In this document: positions 1 to 11,233 of the stretch, one piece after another
Layout: each line of letters starts with the position of its first letter
Numbering within the stretch: the first letter of the stretch is position 1
Source: Tubiluchus corallicola
Lineage: Eukaryota > Animalia > Priapulida
NCBI GenBank assembly: GCA_030141605.1
Contig: JAQGDQ010000006.1
Location: 1-64,000, forward strand
Length of the DNA: 64,000 nt
Direction of reading: 5' to 3'
Made by a program: the position numbers and the translations under genes
Notes under the pieces: generated by a model
What the model saw: the letters and a program-made list of their open reading frames with translations, nothing else
What the model was told of the DNA's origin: nothing
Database searches by the model: none

Positions 1-3000
1 GGGTGGAGTAGTGTGGACAGTTGTATGGTGTGATTTGTCCATGCCAAAATTTTTTGCAGGGTTGGGCTGGTAAAAATTTATTGCTATTAGGCCTAATAAC
101 AATGACATTGCATTCTCGAGACATGTGTTTCAAGATTTAAGAACGTAAATTGTTCATTCTTCTGTGTGCTCAACTGGTAACAAAAAATTATGAGACGGAC
201 GAGGCATTATTTGATTTGAATTAATATATTTACTAACCATTAGTTGTAGAGTGATATTTTGTATGCGGGAAAATCACAAAAAGAAATGCTTAGAACAATT
301 TTGCATTATAAAAAATTAGATGATATTAGAATTAATGTTAGCTGTATAAACTATTTGAGTGAGTATTTTCAAGGTGAATAGGATGGATGCTTTGTGTACC
401 CCCTGCGGTAATGCTGGTGGAACATTGTTAAATCGCATCTTATTCTGGCACGAACATTCAAAATTTTTATTTTTAGTTACATAAGTTTTCCAACAAGTAA
501 GCAAAGTGGTAAGTAATACAGATTTACATGGAAAGTTTTTTGGGTTATAATTTGACATTGCATTCTCTTCCCCTGATTTACGTCTAAGTAGGGGAATAGT
601 AAGTCATGTATTGGCACGGTCGGTACAGTGTTGCGGGAGTTTTAAAATGAAAACCAAAAAATCCTTTTAACGTGAGAACGATATACACATTAAATTTGAT
701 TCAAACTAATATAATTTTTAAGGCAATTTTTCTGAAACCTACTTTAGGCACCATCATGTAGTGACATCAGAGATATTTCGTTTGTCAGGATCTCTTCTTA
801 ACACGTGACTGCTAAAACTAACTTGAATTTAATTGCTGCTAGGGCAAATTCCGAGTCGTTCAGATTAATGTGAAATACTTTGCTTTGTGCTGCATCATGG
901 AAAGTCTCACAGAAGAACACACAATCTCTTTTGAATTAAATTTCTTTAGGGCATTTTTATGTGCATTTTGATCTTTTATACTTTTTTATTTTTGTCTCTC
1001 ACGGTGCTCATTTAGCCTTGAACTCATTTAGCTGTGACCCAATAGCCCCAGGCCAAAGCTGTGAAAGATGTCAAAGGTTACAGATGGGCAGGCGTCCCCG
1101 AGTTCCATTGGCTTTATCCTATTGGTTGTATATGTTGAACTCGGGTCACAGTTTCTGCGTATATTGCTATGTGGGGTCGACGCCTAGTGAGTGGGTGAAT
1201 ATAGGTCATGTGCATTTTCTCTAGGGCCTAAAAACTGAAATGAATGCTTCGCATTCATGCATAGCAGACATAATGGAGCCAGTTTTTTACAGCTTGAAAC
1301 CAACAGCCGTCTGGTCAAAAAATGTCAACTTTTGATTTTATTAAAATCAAAACACAGTTACAAAATAACAAGGCAAGGTGAGATCAATGGAAAAAGTATC
1401 TGTACCCTCGGACACCATGACAGTAAATTATTTGACCTTTTTCAGTCATTAAGTATGACACTTTATTCAGTCAAACCTCAACTGAACTTGAAAGAAGATT
1501 GTAAAGTAAAAAAAGTCGAGCATTAGCCCGTATTCGAATCAGTTACCTTTGGATTATTAAAACAATAGCAGGAATGTGCAGAGCAATGATGAAGCAAACC
1601 CCTTCTATCCTTTACATCTTTTTTGTTTCATGTATGGTGTACATGATGTGGAGTGGGTTGTTTTTTGTGAGTAGTGAGGCAAGTGTGGGTGGTGTGGTGG
1701 GTGTAACATGGCACAGTTTGTGTGGTTTGGTGCGGTAGGCTATGGGTGGTGTGAAACGGATTGTGTGTTGTGGGTCGTGTCGGTGGAATGCTGTGAGGTG
1801 GTGTGTTTTGTTGAGGGTGGAGTAGTGTGGACAGTTGTATGGTGTGATTTGTCCATGCCAAAATTTTTTGCAGGGTTGGGCTGGTAAAAATTTATTGCTA
1901 TTAGGCCTAATAACAATGACATTGCATTCTCGAGACATGTGTTTCAAGATTTAAGAACGTAAATTGTTCATTCTTCTGTGTGCTCAACTGGTAACAAAAA
2001 ATTATGAGACGGACGAGGCATTATTTGATTTGAATTAATATATTTACTAACCATTAGTTGTAGAGTGATATTTTGTATGCGGGAAAATCACAAAAAGAAA
2101 TGCTTAGAACAATTTTGCATTATAAAAAATTAGATGATATTAGAATTAATGTTAGCTGTATAAACTATTTGAGTGAGTATTTTCAAGGTGAATAGGATGG
2201 ATGCTTTGTGTACCCCCTGCGGTAATGCTGGTGGAACATTGTTAAATCGCATCTTATTCTGGCACGAACATTCAAAATTTTTATTTTTAGTTACATAAGT
2301 TTTCCAACAAGTAAGCAAAGTGGTAAGTAATACAGATTTACATGGAAAGTTTTTTGGGTTATAATTTGACATTGCATTCTCTTCCCCTGATTTACGTCTA
2401 AGTAGGGGAATAGTAAGTCATGTATTGGCACGGTCGGTACAGTGTTGCGGGAGTTTTAAAATGAAAACCAAAAAATCCTTTTAACGTGAGAACGATATAC
2501 ACATTAAATTTGATTCAAACTAATATAATTTTTAAGGCAATTTTTCTGAAACCTACTTTAGGCACCATCATGTAGTGACATCAGAGATATTTCGTTTGTC
2601 AGGATCTCTTCTTAACACGTGACTGCTAAAACTAACTTGAATTTAATTGCTGCTAGGGCAAATTCCGAGTCGTTCAGATTAATGTGAAATACTTTGCTTT
2701 GTGCTGCATCATGGAAAGTCTCACAGAAGAACACACAATCTCTTTTGAATTAAATTTCTTTAGGGCATTTTTATGTGCATTTTGATCTTTTATACTTTTT
2801 TATTTTTGTCTCTCACGGTGCTCATTTAGCCTTGAACTCATTTAGCTGTGACCCAATAGCCCCAGGCCAAAGCTGTGAAAGATGTCAAAGGTTACAGATG
2901 GGCAGGCGTCCCCGAGTTCCATTGGCTTTATCCTATTGGTTGTATATGTTGAACTCGGGTCACAGTTTCTGCGTATATTGCTATGTGGGGTCGACGCCTA

Positions 3001-3463
3001 GTGAGTGGGTGAATATAGGTCATGTGCATTTTCTCTAGGGCCTAAAAACTGAAATGAATGCTTCGCATTCATGCATAGCAGACATAATGGAGCCAGTTTT
3101 TTACAGCTTGAAACCAACAGCCGTCTGGTCAAAAAATGTCAACTTTTGATTTTATTAAAATCAAAACACAGTTACAAAATAACAAGGCAAGGTGAGATCA
3201 ATAGAAAAAGTATCTGTACCCTCGGACACCATGACAGTAAATTATTTGACCTTTTTCAGTCATTAAGTATGACACTTTATTCAGTCAAACCTCAACTGAA
3301 CTTGAAAGAAGATTGTAAAGTAAAAAAAGTCGAGCATTAGCCCGTATTCGAATCAGTTACCTTTGGATTATTAAAACAATAGCAGGAATGTGCAGAGCAA
3401 TGATGAAGCAAACCCCTTCTATCCTTTACATCTTTTTTTGTTTCATGTATAGTGTACATGATG
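1..3463. repeat. Near-identical direct tandem duplication, period 1814 bp (1-1814 and 1815-3463); may extend left of the window
   Basis: Position 1 sequence gggtggagtagtgtggacag recurs at 1815; ORF pairs 316/2130, 961/2775 and 1257/3071 are offset by exactly 1814; only about 3 differences seen, all near the right end. Confidence 0.97.
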
Positions 3464-3774
3464 CCGAGTACGATATAGGCATTAAATTTGATTCAAACTA
3501 ATATAATTTTTAAGGCCATTTTTGTGAAACCTACTTTAGGCACCCCTTTTCTTGTCCTTTAAATTAATAAATATATTTGATAATGAAAACATCATTGAAG
3601 AAGCTATAGAGCCAGTACTAATGACTCGAGAAAGAAAGTGAAAATGCAGCAAACACAATTAAGAGTTTCAAGTAACAGCCGATTGTTTGCTTAACAACCG
3701 CCAGTTTAACAACATTATCAGTTAAGTATCACTGAGCCTGTTCAGTACAAATATCTGTGACCATCGGGTTCAAC
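3455..3774 (+). repeat. ~320-bp dispersed repeat, copy 1 (copy 2 at 7888-8208); a ~75-80-bp core also occurs at ~678-751 and ~2492-2565
   Basis: tacatgatgccgagtacgatata...gtgaccatcgggttcaac aligns end to end with 7888-8208 with scattered substitutions. Confidence 0.93.
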
Positions 3775-3777
3775 TCA

Positions 3778-4260
3778 AAGCACATGTAAAGCGATAAATT
3801 CCAGCTACAGCAGGGGTGTGCAAACCGTAGCCCACCGAGAGTTGTTGTGCGTCATCTTGAAGCGCAAGTAAAGCGATAAATTCCAGCTACAGCAGGGTTG
3901 TGCAAACTGCAGCCCACCGAGAGTTGTGTGTGGCATCTTGAAGCACAAGTAAAGCGATAAATTCCAGCTACAGCAGGGGTGTGCAAACTGCAGCCCGCCA
4001 AGAGATGTTGTGTGGCATCTCAAAGTGCAAGTAAAGCGATAAATTCCAGCTACAGCAGGGGTGTGCAAACCGTAGCCCACCGAGAGTTGTTGTGTGGCAT
4101 CTCGAAGTGCAAGTAAAGCGATAAATTCCAGCTACAGCAGGGGTGTGCAAACCGTAGCCCACCAAGAGTTGTTGTGTGGCATCTTGAAGCGCAAGCGATA
4201 AATTTCAGCTACAGCATGGGTGTGCAAACCGCAGCCCACCAAGAAATGTTGTGCAGCCCA
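3778..4260 (+). repeat. Minisatellite, ~82-bp unit, ~6 copies, each containing a hAT-like terminal motif CAGGGGTGTGCAAAC
   Basis: gtaaagcgataaattccagctacag recurs at 3786, 3868, 3949, 4031, 4113 and (with a small deletion) ~4191. Confidence 0.95.
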
Positions 4261-4407
4261 CGAAGAGATTTGTCAAGCTCATAAAAGTGCGACCTGGGCA
4301 ATGAATTGAGTAGCAAGTATCAGGAGGTTGTTTCCTGCTAAAGTCCACAATAGTAGGACCAGCCAGCCAAACTCCAGTCTTCTATTATAGGACCCGTTGG
4401 ATCAGGC

Positions 4408-4527
4408 CAGTCGTCCTCTTGGTCATCGTAAGTAGATAATTTACATTTGGCAATTTTATAATATATATTTTATTTATATAATAACCAAGTTAAAATGATC
4501 TACCTACCATGACCAAGAAAGCGACTG
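4408..4527. mobile_element. Small palindromic MITE-like element (imperfect ~33-bp arms, AT-rich centre)
   Basis: cagtcgtcctcttggtcatcgtaagtagataat (4408-4440) vs reverse complement of 4495-4527, cagtcgctttcttggtcatggtaggtagatcat. Confidence 0.6.
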
Positions 4528-5035
4528 CGTTGATCAATTTATAGGTAGCTTGCAAGCTTAAAGTGTGGTCACCTTTGATATCGGTGGATTCCCAGATTTT
4601 AGTTTCTGTTTAACCTCGATCAGTGGTTGTTTCAGCGTTTCATCAGGTGTTATGTTCTTATAGATCAGAATCAGAGCTAATGTGCATCGTAATAAGATTA
4701 CCAATATCTGACATAAATGTTGAATTATATTGTTTTAACATTTAATAACTTCTAGAATAGTTTCCTCGGTGTAGTAGCAATGATGCGTGTTGTAGATCAG
4801 ATGCCAAAAAATCTCTATTAGGCCCTCCTGTTCTTGGCTCCTTGGCCAAACTGCATGCGGCGCACTGGAATTGCTGAAAAATTTAATGTGGACCAGCTAG
4901 TGAGATAATTTGCGCACCCATGAGCTACAGGATTAAGCAATTTCTGGAGTGAAAAATTGTCCATCATTTTATCTTATCACATTGCCACAAACACAAAGTA
5001 GAAATGCAGAAGAATGATAAATAGCTATAACATAC

Positions 5036-5090
5036 CACTGAATCCGTGTTGAACCTATCCATTCCATTTATTAGAACAGTAATAATTTTC
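5036..5090 (-). CDS. ZER1: ZER1/ZYG11-like gene, last exon found: (R)KIITVLINGMDRFNTDSV
   Basis: tctttcttag acceptor, gtatg donor, phase 2 to 0; resembles recalled ZER1 segment RQVIQVVLNGMESYQEVTV. Confidence 0.8.
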
Positions 5091-5670
5091 CTAAGAAAGA
5101 ATTTCATATTTATTGTTGGATTTTAAAATGTTCAAAACACCAATTTGCTGTTTTCAATGTGACGTGCGCTTTACTAGTTACTTAATTATATTGCATCAAA
5201 ATATACATACAATAATCAATTTTCAAGAGTTGTTCCTAAAAAACTTCATGTTGTATTGAGAGAAAATTTACAAGTATAATATTTAGTATATGCGATGTAT
5301 GAAATGTATGTCATTTACTACATTTACAAAAAATTAAATGCAAAACTAGTGCTACAGGCCACCAAGTGCTCAATATTTTTACACAATGATAGTGATACCC
5401 AGGAAAAACACTGCTAAAAGTTCCAGCAAGCATACGAACTAGACTGCCTTTATACAATCACATTTTGTGAAAATTTGACTAAATTAAATGAACTAAATTC
5501 GATTAACTCGATTTAATTAAAAATCATAAAATCCAGTTACAGCAAATGCATATAAAAAAGACTAGCTAGCTTTAAAATCACTTCATCAATTCATTCTAAT
5601 GTCTCAGTAAACATGGAGCTTTTTTCATACATATAAGCAGTAAATAGCACTGCGTTCACAATTAACTCAC

Positions 5671-5733
5671 CTTTCTATTTCCGAAGTAAAAATTGGCTTC
5701 TCATCAATCTCCATAATAAGAAACAGACACTCA
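5671..5733 (-). CDS. ZER1: ZER1/ZYG11-like gene exon: (S)ECLFLIMEIDEKPIFTSEIE(R)
   Basis: ttttttgtacttag acceptor, gtgagt donor, 63 nt, phase 2 to 2, joins both neighbouring exons in frame. Confidence 0.75.
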
Positions 5734-5951
5734 CTAAGTACAAAAAAATAAATTTTCAATCTTGTTACTAACTATGAACATAAAAACAAATTTGCTTTGC
5801 TGAACTATCTAAGCATCTTATACGATTTGTCTCTAGCATTTTCATACTTAACACATTTTTATGCTAAACCTTCACCTGATATTTACTAACACACGAGAAT
5901 TACTAATTTATGTTAAAGCTACAAACTCTATAAAACTGACATAGCTCTTAC

Positions 5952-6010
5952 CTCCCAGATATCTGCACTTGTTCATTATCAGCATGGGTCTCCATAGCTA
6001 ATAGAACCAA
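5952..6010 (-). CDS. ZER1: ZER1/ZYG11-like gene exon: LVLLAMETHADNEQVQISG(S)
   Basis: ttttatttttcag acceptor, gtaaga donor, phase 0 to 2; resembles recalled ZER1 LVITALKCHKYDRNIQVTGSAALF. Confidence 0.85.
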
Positions 6011-6084
6011 CTGAAAAATAAAATGTTTTTTACATTAGTGGATCAAGAAAACGCTGTAAAAATGTTTTGAATTTGAATGTGTGG

Positions 6085-6790
6085 CCAATTAACAGACTGG
6101 TCCTACAAATGGCAACTAGATATAGCTGCACACAGATGCACCATAAGGGCTTTGGCAATCCTTATCTTCAGTATTTTCTTGATGGCACCCCCCCAGCCTT
6201 ATGCATAGTAACGAATTTAATGACATGGGTGTTACAGTATCATCCGATTTGAAATTCTCAACACATTGTAAAACCATAGTTTCTAAAGCATTTTGTATGG
6301 TAAATATGATTTTCGGTGTTTCTATACTAAAAACAGAACTGCACTTTTGACTGCTTATAGAGATTATGTGCATCCCTTGTTGGAGTACTGCTCATCATTG
6401 TGGTGCCCTCACCATATGCAAGATATTGACAGCATTGAAAAGGTTCAGGGATATTTTTCTTGTAGGCTGCGCCAACGATATCAGTTTAATTTGGTTTGTT
6501 ATTTAGACAGACTGTCAGAACTAGAATTGCAGCCATTCGAATTGAGATGCCTTGTCTGTGATCTTAAGATGGTGCACAAAATTTGTCGTAAAATACTGGG
6601 TTTAAGTTTTGATGATTTTTTTCTAGTGTGCTACAACCATCACTTGCGTGGTGACAACTTTAAACTATTTACATCTTTCTCGAGATTAAAAGCAAAAAAT
6701 TTTCATTTCCTGAAAAAGTTGTAAATATTTGCAATGCTCTGGATCCTCACAATTTTAATATATGTATAAATGTCAGTAATGAATAAACCA
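6085..6790 (+). pseudogene. CR1-like LINE ORF2 3' fragment (C-terminal RT region), frameshifted, antisense inside the ZER1-like intron
   Basis: Motifs across frames: DWSYKWQL, DMGVTVSSDLKFSTHCKTIVSKA, YVHPLLEYCSSLWCP, IDSIEKVQ, YLDRLSELEL, DLKMVHKI, LRGDNFKL. Confidence 0.88.
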
Positions 6791-7004
6791 ATGAATAATA
6801 AAAACATAATGAAAATGTAGATACTCGAGTTTGTGTAGAACATGAAAACGAAAGTTGTTTGCTTTATACTGTTTAACAAGCTTGTCTGACAACAAAGCAC
6901 ATGATCCACTAGTTACAGTTATAAAAAGAAAATTCTAAGTGATTTTAAAACCAACATGTTTTGCCTTATTAGTATAATTGTGAATTTACTCATGTACACT
7001 GTAC

Positions 7005-7148
7005 CTCAAGTGCGCGGTGGTTATAACGCACTTTCTTTGTCCTATATAGTTGAAGTAAATCATCCAATGACTTTAGTAGCTCTTCAACTCTGTCCATGTT
7101 GTGTTCCAGTGATGTTATGATCTGTTGTTCATTAGCATCTCCAGCAAC
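7005..7148 (-). CDS. ZER1: ZER1/ZYG11-like gene exon: VAGDANEQQIITSLEHNMDRVEELLKSLDDLLQLYRTKKVRYNHRALE
   Basis: atgcag acceptor, gtacag donor, 144 nt open, phase 0 to 0; resembles recalled ZER1 VSGDKNEEQVLNAIEAY...LLRALK. Confidence 0.85.
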
Positions 7149-7427
7149 CTGCATGAATCAAGCAACAGACTGACATTACTATCCCATTAAATAAATACAA
7201 ATGCGTTGATTAAACACAACAGGTACAAGAGCTTGACTAAATATCGAAAAGTGGCAAAACAAAACAATTCTGAACTCGGCTTGAACTATCCCACACTGTC
7301 TTAATATATTTTCTTGATATTTTGACTACCTTACCTGAAAAATATCAACATAATTATCACTTTTAGTGATATTTTAAAACAACAGGTTCATTAGTTTTAA
7401 TTATGTAGCCACATTTCTGATCTCACA

Positions 7428-7830
7428 TACTCTAAAATAAAAGCTCGACATCTGTGACCAAAGCAACCCACAAATGACATGTTGTTACATTTTCAACTCT
7501 GCTGATCATTGCAAACTGATTGTTTTGTGCCGGAAAATCTGATGATTGGTGTGAAGGGTGTATCATTCTCTTGTTGTCTGTCAGCTGCACTGGTATCAAA
7601 TTTCGAGAAGAGTTAATTGATTTACTACAATATTTCACTGTTGCCTACCTTAATTAGTGTTTTTCAATATTTTTAGTAACAACTGAGGATGTTTAAAGTC
7701 TATTTCAAACAATGAATTCGATCACTGCAATTAGATTGTCCAGGTATTGTCGACCTGTTAATTTGGAGTGGCAGGTATAAAAATCGCGGGGAACTCAGAG
7801 AAAAAAAGGAAATAAACCTCGATCACAAAA
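7428..7830 (+). repeat. Diverged ~400-bp duplicated segment, copy 1 (copy 2 ~9465-10038 with an extra ~170-bp insert)
   Basis: tactctaaaataaaagctc..acatctgtgaccaaagcaacc...gcactgg.atcaaatttcgagaagagtt... is collinear in both places. Confidence 0.85.
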
Positions 7831-7887
7831 CAAGTATCTCATCAAGTAAGCCTTGTTTTGTGTGTTGAATTCCATCTTACCGGCATC

Positions 7888-8208
7888 TACATGATGCCGA
7901 GTACGATATACGCATTAAATTTGATTCAAACTAATATAATTTTCAAGTCCATTTTTGTGAAACCTACGTTAGGCACCCCTTTTCTTGTCCTTTAAATTAA
8001 TAACTATATTTGATAATGAAAACATCACTGAACAAGCTATAGAGCCAGTACTAATGACTTGAGCAAAAAAAGTGAAAAAGCAGCAAACACAATTAAGAGT
8101 TTCAAATAACAGCCGATTGTTTGCTTAACAACTGCCAGTTTAACAACATTATCAGTTAAGTATCACTGAGCCTGTTCAGTACAAATATCTGTGACCATCG
8201 GGTTCAAC
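7888..8208 (+). repeat. ~320-bp dispersed repeat, copy 2
   Basis: Aligns to 3455-3774. Confidence 0.93.
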
Positions 8209-8229
8209 ACTCACTCAATTCATTCACCT

Positions 8230-9095
8230 TGTTGGGAGCCGAGTGGACCACTGCGCCAAGTAGGACACTAGAGACAGGTCGCGAATTGAGTCGTTAAGTG
8301 TACTGACACCGTCTGTTGTGCTTGTTTATGTAATAATAATAATTAAAAACGTTAGTACACGTTGAATAATTTATTATACATCTAATAAAATAAAAGAATT
8401 TTATTCTGAGCTGGTAGAAGCACCGCGATGAGGTCGAGAGGTTGGACTTAATTAACTCAGCAAAAATTGTTTTGATGGCTACCTTGCCTTTGAAGCGATC
8501 TGTTTATGCCCACTCATACATACACACAGTGATTGCTATTTCAGTTCAAAATCAATTTTCGTTTTGTTTTGAAAATATCAGTTTGTTCATAGGGCAACAT
8601 CGCTATAACAAACCAATATTTTTCATCCACACTGAGGATTTGGAATTAATGTTAGAAAAATTTATCAGCTGCATTTTTATAAACATGTTTATGCAATTCA
8701 AGTAGCAAAATATTTGACTGAATTAGCAATGCACTTTCACAGAATGCAATACAAAATAAGAATAAATATGACTATGGAAACAATAATAAATACGAGCAAA
8801 GTAAATAACAGGCTAAGCTACAACAATATTACAAAATAACATTTTGGTTGGGACTCAAAAAACTCAAAAAGGTTATTACTAGTAACACAATAAACCAAAA
8901 CTTGACAAAAGGCAAAAGTTGACAAAAGTTCATAAACACTGGAATATTCTCACTTAATATTTAAGTCTACAGCTAAACAATCCTACATCTAACACCTATT
9001 TATCGCTAGTGTCCTACTTGGGCTGCCCATGTAGGACACTACTTTTAGCGCATCAAGTGGTCTACTTGGCGCAGTGGTCCACTCGGCTCCCAACA
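8230..9095. mobile_element. 866-bp non-autonomous TIR element, TGT..ACA termini, 34-bp perfect TIR, 5-bp TSD (cacct); Ginger-like termini
   Basis: tgttgggagccgagtggaccactgcgccaagtag at 8230 and its reverse complement at 9062-9095; cacct at 8225-8229 and 9096-9100; subterminal agtaggacacta repeats. Confidence 0.9.
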
Positions 9096-9464
9096 CACCT
9101 TACTGTCTCTGGGTGTTTATTTTGTTGATGCATGATGTACTAACATGATGACACATGATGTACTCCAAATGAGGCAAAGACACCTCTGCTGGTTTAGTGC
9201 CTCGTCTTGGGAGAATAGCCTTGATGGTTTTTTAAACACATTTTTGCACGTAATGTAGCCTTTGGTTAGGAGAGGATAGATGATAGAGGATCATTGACAG
9301 TTGTTAACAGGCATTAAGCAACACTTCTTAATAGTGTTACGGGACTCACTGAATGGATAACCTAATGCACTTACGGTAGCACGAAATGCACAATATGCGC
9401 GGTAATTATCCAGAAAACACTTGATGTGCTCCAAATGTGACAAAGACACCTCATTCAATGACTT

Positions 9465-10038
9465 TACTCTAAAATAAAAGCTCAACATCTGTGACCAAAG
9501 CAACCCTCCCAAGACACCCCGTTTCAACTCCCTTGCTCATTGTAGAGCGATAGTCTTGTATCAGGGGGAAATCTGATTATTGATGTGAAGGGTGTGTCAT
9601 TCTCTAGTTGTCTGTCAACTGCACTGGCATCAAATTTCGAGAAGAGTTGATTTACTACAATATTTCTTTGTTGCCTTAATTAGTGTGTTTCAATATTTCT
9701 AGTAACAACTATAATGAATAATGAATCTATACTAAGGATGTTAATGTCCATTTCAAAATCACTGCAATTGGTTCATTGCAGTCAGTTCACTGCATTTAAA
9801 TCTAAGATAAACTTACAATAGGGGTACTTAAAGTGCAGATACTAAAACTCTTTTTAGTGAATTTTAATACACGTACTGCAATATTTCGTACAACATACCT
9901 ATGTACTGGTGTGTTTCAGTACCAGACGACATTATCGTACTGGTCCGGGTATTTGTCATTCTGTTAATTTGCAGTGGCAGATAAAAAAGTCACGGGTAAA
10001 AACTCACAGAAAAAAAGCAAATAGATCTAATCAGAAAC
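9465..10038 (+). repeat. Diverged duplicated segment, copy 2
   Basis: Collinear with 7428-7830. Confidence 0.8.
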
Positions 10039-10232
10039 CCAGACCTTAAGATATTGAACAAAATGTGATTTTTTACATCCATGTATTGCCTCATATTTAA
10101 GTAGATTTCTCAATATGCACAACGCATTTATCGCCATTTAAAAACCGTTTAAAACATTTTCTGTTTTGTTACTTTAATTATTTAGAATACTTAAATAAAT
10201 TGTGAGTGATTTAAATAATTCTGTTTCTTTAC

Positions 10233-10330
10233 CTGACTTTCTCTCCCTGACGAAGTTTCCTCCCACGTGTGATTAGCTTCCGCCATGTCTGCAAGGTTTG
10301 AGATGATGTCTCCACCAAGCACGCATAAAA
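10233..10330 (-). CDS. Putative exon 3 of the minus-strand gene: (V)LCVLGGDIISNLADMAEANHTWEETSSGRESQ
   Basis: tttatttctag acceptor, cag|gtaaag donor, phase 1 to 0, compatible with the 12707 donor and the 7148 acceptor. Confidence 0.6.
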
Positions 10331-11233
10331 CTAGAAATAAACTTAAAAAGAAACTGCAACGTTTATAGCATCTACCAGTGGTAAACAAGTACAAAGTTCC
10401 TATTTACTGTGATGACAGCTAGAACACGTGAGTGAGGGCAAAGCTATAAGTCGATAGGATTTCGAATGTGGAAGAGGGAAACTCACCATCAATATCAAAT
10501 ATAAAGGACTTTTTCTGTCTTTCTAGCTTTAGAATTACTTTGTATTGTTTTTTTTTGTTGAACATCGCTTGTGGATGTTGTAGACATTGCAGTATTGTAT
10601 TGTTAAGCACGAATTTGTATATGAATGGTGCAGTTGTCATAGTATTATGTTGTTAAGTTCTTGTACATAAACAGTTGTTGATAACAGATATAAACATAAA
10701 TTGTCAGCGAGACGCATCAAATGGCAAGTCGCAATACTAAAATTACTTTCAAATAACTCTGTATCACAAATTCTTAGATTTAGTGTGGTATTCAGTAACG
10801 TTTCAATTCCTGGTTAATTTTCGAGACTTTGCTACTTAACGTAGATTGTGCATGCTTGATTGTTTTGATATCTCTATCAATCTGCATTATTTTAGTATCT
10901 AGTGTTGTCATCTTACTTGCTACTTCATGCAGCAGTCTAACTGTCTCATTATCGCTATTACTGACAACTTTGTTTTGACTTGGAGAAGTATCATCATCAT
11001 ATCATCATTACATGTTTGTGTAGTTGTTGCAAAGCCAGCGGAGCTTTCGTTAGAAGTATTTGACTTTTTACATTTAATTTTGTCTCTACCTCAATTCATA
11101 ATATTTCACAATAGAGTTCAGTATGGAATAACCACTTTAAACATCAAATTTCATTGATTTTTATAAAAAAATTTCCAGAGCAAATTTTAAGAGACCTTCT
11201 ACAGTGCATGCATTATACAGGGAAAACCGTAAT

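Noticed and set aside
316-600. Helitron Rep-like motif (LLRRKSGEENAMSNYNP) in the ORF 316-558 frame
   Set aside because: The resemblance is a few residues only; the expected following W.ANMDIQ motif is absent
1545-1615. Possible continuation exon in the tandem unit (IEGVCFIIALHIPAIVLIIQR before a gtaact donor)
   Set aside because: No polypyrimidine acceptor, a phase-0 join gives an immediate stop, and there is no ZER1 similarity
1612-1947. Overlapping His/Thr/Pro-rich ORFs
   Set aside because: By-products of a GT-rich low-complexity tract
3778-4260. CRISPR-like array
   Set aside because: Whole 82-bp units are repeated with no unique spacers, no cas genes, and the context is eukaryotic
8405-8449. 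tRNA-like A/B-box relic inside the MITE (a similar relic lies at 42037-42077)
   Set aside because: No cloverleaf or anticodon arm can be built; not tRNA genes
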